Below the pieces are notes generated by a model. It searched no databases and was not told the DNA's origin. It saw only the letters and a program-made list of their open reading frames with translations. The position numbers and the translations under genes are program-made. Shown here in pieces: positions 59,184 through 64,000 of a stretch of 64,000 bases of DNA. Source of the stretch: Bacteroidales bacterium (GTDB lineage Bacteria; Bacteroidota; Bacteroidia; Bacteroidales; GCA-2748055); contig JAOZQY010000001.1 in NCBI GenBank assembly GCA_029931975.1, positions 24,003-88,002 of the forward strand. The letters are read 5' to 3'. The first letter of the stretch is position 1, and each line of letters starts with the position of its first letter.

Positions 59184-60173
59184 ATGTCCAATGCCAACTT
59201 TGTTGACTACGTAAAAATCTTTTGTCGTTCCGGCAACGGGGGGGCTGGTTCGGCGCATCTGCGTCGTGACAAGCTTACCAGTAAAGGCGGTCCTGATGGC
59301 GGTGATGGTGGCAGGGGCGGACATGTAATTGTCCGGGGCAATGAGCAGCTCTGGACACTCTTGCACCTGAAGTATAAAAGGCATGTTTTTGCCACACATG
59401 GAGAGAGTGGCGGATCGTCCCTGAAGACAGGGGCAAGTGGGGAAGACTCCTATATTGAAGTTCCGCTGGGAACAGTGGCGCGTGATTCTGAGACCAGTGA
59501 AATCCTGTTTGAAGTCACTGCGCATGGTGAAGAAAAAGTTCTTATTCGGGGAGGTCAGGGCGGACAGGGAAATGATCATTTTAAATCATCAACTCACCAG
59601 ACTCCACGGTTCTCACAACCAGGAGAAGAGGGTGATGAGGGCTGGTATATACTCGAATTGAAATTGCTGGCAGATGTTGGACTTGTGGGCTTTCCAAATG
59701 CCGGGAAATCCACACTTCTTTCAGCCATCTCAGCAGCCAAACCCAAGATAGCCGACTATGCCTTTACCACCCTGGTGCCCAACCTGGGGATTGTTAAGTA
59801 CAGGGGCGACCGTTCTTTTGTAATGGCCGATATTCCCGGGATCATTGAGGGCGCTAGCGAAGGAAAGGGGCTTGGACACAGATTCCTGAGGCATATTGAA
59901 CGAAACTCCATGCTCATGTTTATGGTCCCATCCGACAGTAAGGATATTGCGGAAGAGTACCAGATTCTGTTAAATGAGCTGGAGCAATATAATCCTGAAT
60001 TGCTGGATAAGCAACGCCTGCTGGTTATTACCAAGTCCGATTTGTTGGACGAGGAACTTGTGGAGGAGATAAAGAAAGAATTGCCTGATGTGAAACACCA
60101 TTTTATTTCAGCAGTAGCAAACGTGGGACTGGTGGGCCTTAACGATACCATCTGGGCCATGTTAAACCCCTGA
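59184..60173 (+). CDS. obg: GTPase Obg/CgtA
   Basis: Obg fold [26 protein letters not shown]1 [10 protein letters not shown]3 DIPG, G4 TKSD. Confidence 0.95.
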   Translation: MSNANFVDYVKIFCRSGNGGAGSAHLRRDKLTSKGGPDGGDGGRGGHVIVRGNEQLWTLLHLKYKRHVFATHGESGGSSLKTGASGEDSYIEVPLGTVARDSETSEILFEVTAHGEEKVLIRGGQGGQGNDHFKSSTHQTPRFSQPGEEGDEGWYILELKLLADVGLVGFPNAGKSTLLSAISAAKPKIADYAFTTLVPNLGIVKYRGDRSFVMADIPGIIEGASEGKGLGHRFLRHIERNSMLMFMVPSDSKDIAEEYQILLNELEQYNPELLDKQRLLVITKSDLLDEELVEEIKKELPDVKHHFISAVANVGLVGLNDTIWAMLNP

Positions 60174-60180
60174 TCAATAC

Positions 60181-60780
60181 ATGGATTGGCTTTTGCAACT
60201 AGACTCGCAGCTTTTCCTGGCCATCAATGGATGGCACAATGAGACATGGGACGGGATTATGTGGTGGATTAGCGGGAAAACCACATGGTGGCCCTTTTAT
60301 CTTTTTCTCCTGTCTTTTATGGCATGGAAGAAGAAATGGCAATTACTCCCCATGTTGTTGTTTATTATCCTGGTGATCACCCTGGCCGATCAGACATCAG
60401 TGCATTTCTTTAAAAATGTATTTCAGCGACTCCGGCCATGCCATGACCCTGCTTTGGAGGGCTTGGTTCACCTGGTTAACAATAAGTGTGGTGGAAAATT
60501 TGGATTTATCTCATCTCATGCGGCCAATACGTTTGGATTGGCATTGTTGACCCTCCTATGGATTAAAGAACGCTGGTTTACCACACTAATGATTATATGG
60601 GCTCTGCTGGTTGTCTACAGTCGTGTTTACCTGGGGGTTCATTATCCGGCGGATGTGCTGGTGGGTGGTATCTGGGGGGCAGGATGTGGATGGCTGGTAT
60701 TCTTTCTTTTTAGGTGGAGTCTTTCAAAGCTGCCGCTTGGGTGGTGGATCGTCTCCATGAATCGTATAACTGAATCCTGA
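60181..60780 (+). CDS. PAP2-family phosphatase (membrane)
   Basis: KxxxxxxRP (FQRLRP), SSHAAN and SRVYLGVHYPADV motifs. Confidence 0.8.
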   Translation: MDWLLQLDSQLFLAINGWHNETWDGIMWWISGKTTWWPFYLFLLSFMAWKKKWQLLPMLLFIILVITLADQTSVHFFKNVFQRLRPCHDPALEGLVHLVNNKCGGKFGFISSHAANTFGLALLTLLWIKERWFTTLMIIWALLVVYSRVYLGVHYPADVLVGGIWGAGCGWLVFFLFRWSLSKLPLGWWIVSMNRITES

Positions 60781-60792
60781 TTATCTGCCCTT

Positions 60793-61773
60793 ATGCTCTG
60801 TATCAACAGCTTAAATACCAATCCGTATTTTAATCTGGCTTCGGAGGAATATCTGTTGAAAAACTTCCATGAGGATATTTTTCTTCTCTACCGGAACACA
60901 CCATCAATTGTGGTTGGGAAGCACCAGAATACCCTGGCAGAAATCAATCTGAGCTTTGTTCAGAATGAGGGCATTCTGGTGGCCAGAAGGATCTCAGGAG
61001 GAGGTACTGTTTTTCATGACCTGGGGAATCTCAATTTCGCTTTTTTTACAACTGGGAAAGAGGGTAAACTGGTCGATTACAGGAAGGCCACACAACCCAT
61101 TATAGGCGCTATGGAAAGTATGGGGTTGAATGTCAGTCTGGGCAAACGCAGTGAACTATTGCATAAAGGTCTGAAAATCTCCGGTACGGCAAGTCATGTT
61201 TTTAAGCAACGGGTATTGCATCATGGTACACTCTTATTCTCTTCGGAGATGGGTGATTTAAGTAAGGCCCTGCTTACATCTAAAGAACTCTTTACCGACA
61301 GGGCTGTGAAATCGGTCCGGTCCAGAGTTACCAATATCAGGGATCATCTTTCAGAACCCATGGAGATAGAGATGTTTCAGGAGAGGATCCTGAACTATGT
61401 TCTTCAGACCAGTAAAAATGCTCAGACCTTTCATCTGAACGAAAGCGATATGCAGGAGATTAAAATGCTGCGCGATTCGAAGTTCTCCACATGGGAGTGG
61501 AATTTTGGATACTCCCCCAGGTACCAGTTTAACAGAAGTGTTTCATTCAGCTCCGGTCGTTTCAATTTGCATATGAATGTGGAGAAAGGGCTTATCAGGG
61601 AGCTGAAAATCGAAGGAGATTTTATTTCTGAGAAGGATATTGTTTCACTGGAACAGATGCTTTTGGGATGCATTCATGATCCGGAGACCATCCGAATACG
61701 CCTTTCAGGGATCCGGGTGTCTGACTACATATTAGGTCTGCAGAATGAAGAGTTGCTTGTGGGGATGTTTTAA
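60793..61773 (+). CDS. lplA: Lipoate--protein ligase
   Basis: RRISGGGTVFHDLGN, KISGTA and HHGTLLF. Confidence 0.85.
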   Translation: MLCINSLNTNPYFNLASEEYLLKNFHEDIFLLYRNTPSIVVGKHQNTLAEINLSFVQNEGILVARRISGGGTVFHDLGNLNFAFFTTGKEGKLVDYRKATQPIIGAMESMGLNVSLGKRSELLHKGLKISGTASHVFKQRVLHHGTLLFSSEMGDLSKALLTSKELFTDRAVKSVRSRVTNIRDHLSEPMEIEMFQERILNYVLQTSKNAQTFHLNESDMQEIKMLRDSKFSTWEWNFGYSPRYQFNRSVSFSSGRFNLHMNVEKGLIRELKIEGDFISEKDIVSLEQMLLGCIHDPETIRIRLSGIRVSDYILGLQNEELLVGMF

Positions 61774-61822
61774 GAAAGACGCCCCTTTGGGCGCCTTTCA
61801 GGATACTGGTTTGACCCACTAA

Positions 61823-62332
61823 TCAGGAATCCATCAAGAGCTGGGCCAGGGCTTCGGCCTGCAGGTTTATCCCCTTGACTATATATTTGGCCTGACTATA
61901 GAAAAGCTCTCTTTTCCCGAGGAGTCCGGTAATATAATCTAGCAGTTCAGCTTCCGATTTATCCTTTATCAGGGGCCGCTCGGTTCGGGATTTGATAAGG
62001 CGGTCCTTAAGCGCTTCCGGAGATAACTGGATGTAGATTGTGGACCCGTGGGCATTCATTATATCCATCAACTTAGAGTGACAGGGAGCTCCACCCCCGG
62101 TGGCGATGACGAGCTTTTCATGGCTGCATAGTTCAACAAGGATATCATGTTCCCATTTTCTGAATACCTCCTCGCCAGGTTCATTAAAGATCTCGGGGAT
62201 ACTCATTTCGGCTGTCTCTTCAATCAGGTGGTCCATATCCATAAACTGATAGCCGAGCCGGCGTGCCAACTTTGAACCCAGGGTAGATTTTCCAGAGCCC
62301 ATAAAACCGATTAGAAATATCCGGGTATCCAT
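61823..62332 (-). CDS. aroK: Shikimate kinase
   Basis: GFMGSGKST Walker A and ATGGG, 169 aa. Confidence 0.9.
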   Translation of the reverse strand: MDTRIFLIGFMGSGKSTLGSKLARRLGYQFMDMDHLIEETAEMSIPEIFNEPGEEVFRKWEHDILVELCSHEKLVIATGGGAPCHSKLMDIMNAHGSTIYIQLSPEALKDRLIKSRTERPLIKDKSEAELLDYITGLLGKRELFYSQAKYIVKGINLQAEALAQLLMDS

Positions 62333-62333
62333 C

Positions 62334-64000
62334 TTACCACTCTAAAGTAAATTGTCCGGCATCCTGTTTATCGTCATCTTCAGAGTCATTTTTCTTTGAG
62401 GATTCTTTTTCCTCTTTGGGTTTGATAACCTCCATGGGGACATCATCAGGATCCTGTTTGGGAGTCTTTTGTTTTTGAGGGGGCGTTTTCTTTGTCGTTT
62501 TTGTCTTGGTCCTTTCCTTTTTTGCAGGCTCTTTCTTTGCTGTTTCCTTCTTAGGCGCTGCTTTTTTTTCATTCTCTGGTTCTCTCTCTTTTTCCGGGCT
62601 TAACTCCTGGATCACTTTTACCTCATAGTTTGAGAGTCGCTTGCCCCTGGCTTTATAACTCTTGATGCCGATAAACTCTGCTACCTCGATGATCTCCGGA
62701 TTGCGGTTCTTGTTTTTACCGCCAAACTTCAGCTCCAGACGGGGATACTCTACCTCGGTAATCCTGATAAGCCTGGATTCGGGATGCTCACCAATAAAGC
62801 GGGTCCGTTTGGCACCTGCTTCAATCAGGAAGCGTTTCAGGTAGTAATATTTTTGCTCTGCATCGAAATAGGCTGCCGACCAGATCTTGCCCTCCCTGTA
62901 TTTTTCGATGATCTTCACATCATCTTCAAAATGGTTGCTAAGATCGAAATTGGTGGTCCGGAAGTAGCCCGATTTAGTGATGACCATGATCTGATCATCG
63001 CCAGTGAATTCACCCAGGAAGATCCCCCTTGCATCTGCATTTAGCCGCATAACATCCTCGTCGAACCAGATTTTTCGTCCACCCAGGGTTGATACGCCTT
63101 TCTCCTTAATAACAATTTTCTGGACGGAAAATTTGCTCAGTATATTGCCATAGGCACCTCTTCCTTTGACGGCCAGTTCAGCAAAATCAAATTCGAAAAT
63201 AGGGTTTTTCAGTCGAGGTCTTGGTCTCAGGTATACCTTAATCACTTCTGCTTCACCATTGGGGTTGGCGCTGAAGTAGAGTATTTTAGTATGCTGGTGC
63301 GCCTTGCCAATATTGTACTGCTTGTCGCGTGTGATTCCGGTCACCGGGGCACGTTTCATCATTACATTCCCGGAATTGCCGTCGAAGTATACCACGTTGT
63401 AGATGGTTCTGCTATCGTTTTTCTTGAAGACTGCCGCGTGGATGATATCCTTACCTGCAAAGTGTTTGTCGGCCACCTTTGAGATGGTATAGGTGCCGTT
63501 TTTCAGAAAGACGATGATGTCGTCGATGTCGGAACAGTCACATACATAGTCATCTTTCCGCAGGGAGGTACCAATGAAGCCGTCTTTGGCATTCATATAG
63601 AGCTTCTGATTGGCCACAACAACCTTGGAGGCTTCGATACTGGCGAAATTTCTGAGTTCGGTACGTCGGTTCAGTCCCTTGCCATACTTCTTTTTGATCT
63701 GCTTGAAGTAGTTGATAGCGTATGTCACCAGGTTATTCAGGTGGTTCTTCACCTCCTCCATTTCCTCCTCCAGGCCTTTGATATACTCATCGGCCCGCTT
63801 CACATCAAATTTGGAGATCCTTTTGATTTTGATCTCGGTTAGCTTGATTATATCCTCCGGGGTTACTTCACGGAGCAATAGTTTCTTGTATGGATCGAGT
63901 CCTTTGTCAATGGTCTCAATCACGCACTCCCATGTTTCGCACTCCTCAATGTCGTGGTAGATCCTTTTTTCAATAAAGATCTTTTCCAGGGAAGAGAGGT
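62334..64000 (-). CDS. Type IIA topoisomerase subunit A, ParC-like (N-terminal part outside window)
   Basis: The frame stays open upstream of the listed GTG at 63923 to the window end (...LEKIFIEKRIYHDIEECETWECVIETID). Beta-pinwheel repeats are followed by a Lys/Glu/Thr/Pro-rich tail. Confidence 0.8.
   Translation of the reverse strand, partial: LSSLEKIFIEKRIYHDIEECETWECVIETIDKGLDPYKKLLLREVTPEDIIKLTEIKIKRISKFDVKRADEYIKGLEEEMEEVKNHLNNLVTYAINYFKQIKKKYGKGLNRRTELRNFASIEASKVVVANQKLYMNAKDGFIGTSLRKDDYVCDCSDIDDIIVFLKNGTYTISKVADKHFAGKDIIHAAVFKKNDSRTIYNVVYFDGNSGNVMMKRAPVTGITRDKQYNIGKAHQHTKILYFSANPNGEAEVIKVYLRPRPRLKNPIFEFDFAELAVKGRGAYGNILSKFSVQKIVIKEKGVSTLGGRKIWFDEDVMRLNADARGIFLGEFTGDDQIMVITKSGYFRTTNFDLSNHFEDDVKIIEKYREGKIWSAAYFDAEQKYYYLKRFLIEAGAKRTRFIGEHPESRLIRITEVEYPRLELKFGGKNKNRNPEIIEVAEFIGIKSYKARGKRLSNYEVKVIQELSPEKEREPENEKKAAPKKETAKKEPAKKERTKTKTTKKTPPQKQKTPKQDPDDVPMEVIKPKEEKESSKKNDSEDDDKQDAGQFTLEW

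Noticed and set aside
1-64000. Search for CRISPR arrays, IS elements/transposases, phage genes, restriction-modification or toxin-antitoxin pairs
   Set aside because: No regularly spaced direct repeats, no transposase/integrase-like ORFs and no small adjacent TA-like gene pairs were seen. This was a by-eye scan only, so short or degenerate repeats could have been missed.

Overview
This 64-kb chromosomal segment is most likely from a Bacteroidota genome. That assignment is an inference from gene content: a T9SS-type C-terminal sorting-domain remnant, a PorQ/DUF3308-like outer-membrane barrel, a FISH-domain remnant, a PD40+SPOR protein, and many lipoprotein signal peptides ending in a Cys lipobox.

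Both flanks are ordinary housekeeping DNA:
- 1-26.5 kb: purH-mreB-mreC-mreD-mrdA-rodA as a tight co-directional minus-strand block, then mgtE, rsmA, pgi, upp, ppk2 and hsp20.
- 50.9-64 kb: lysS, recJ, purE, hpt, adk, obg, lplA, aroK and a ParC-like topoisomerase subunit that runs off the window end.

The centre (about 26.6-48.8 kb) looks accessory and partly decayed.

The best candidate for an undescribed system is a compact four-gene minus-strand operon at 38782-44460. In transcription order it encodes:
- a receiver domain fused to a kinase-like domain that appears to lack the phospho-acceptor His and the N-box Asn;
- a 1028-aa ABC protein with a TerB-like N-terminus, ATPase, ABC-2-type permease, a long C-terminal extension and a terminal TM helix;
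- a helical lipoprotein;
- a small secreted Cys-containing protein.

A second lipoprotein + ABC pair at 26740-29293 is a decayed paralog. It carries a frameshift at a T8 tract and an internal deletion of roughly 455 codons that removes the whole permease.

Other gene remnants in the central region:
- a membrane/TPR gene with an in-frame TAG and a frameshift;
- an orphan hydrolase N-terminal domain;
- a T9SS sorting-domain fragment;
- a gutted FISH-domain lipoprotein gene beside an orphan, AT-rich trpB and a tRNA-Thr(CGU).

I found no CRISPR array, transposase, integrase or phage gene. All protein family calls come from motif recognition by eye. No database search, alignment statistic or structure prediction was run.
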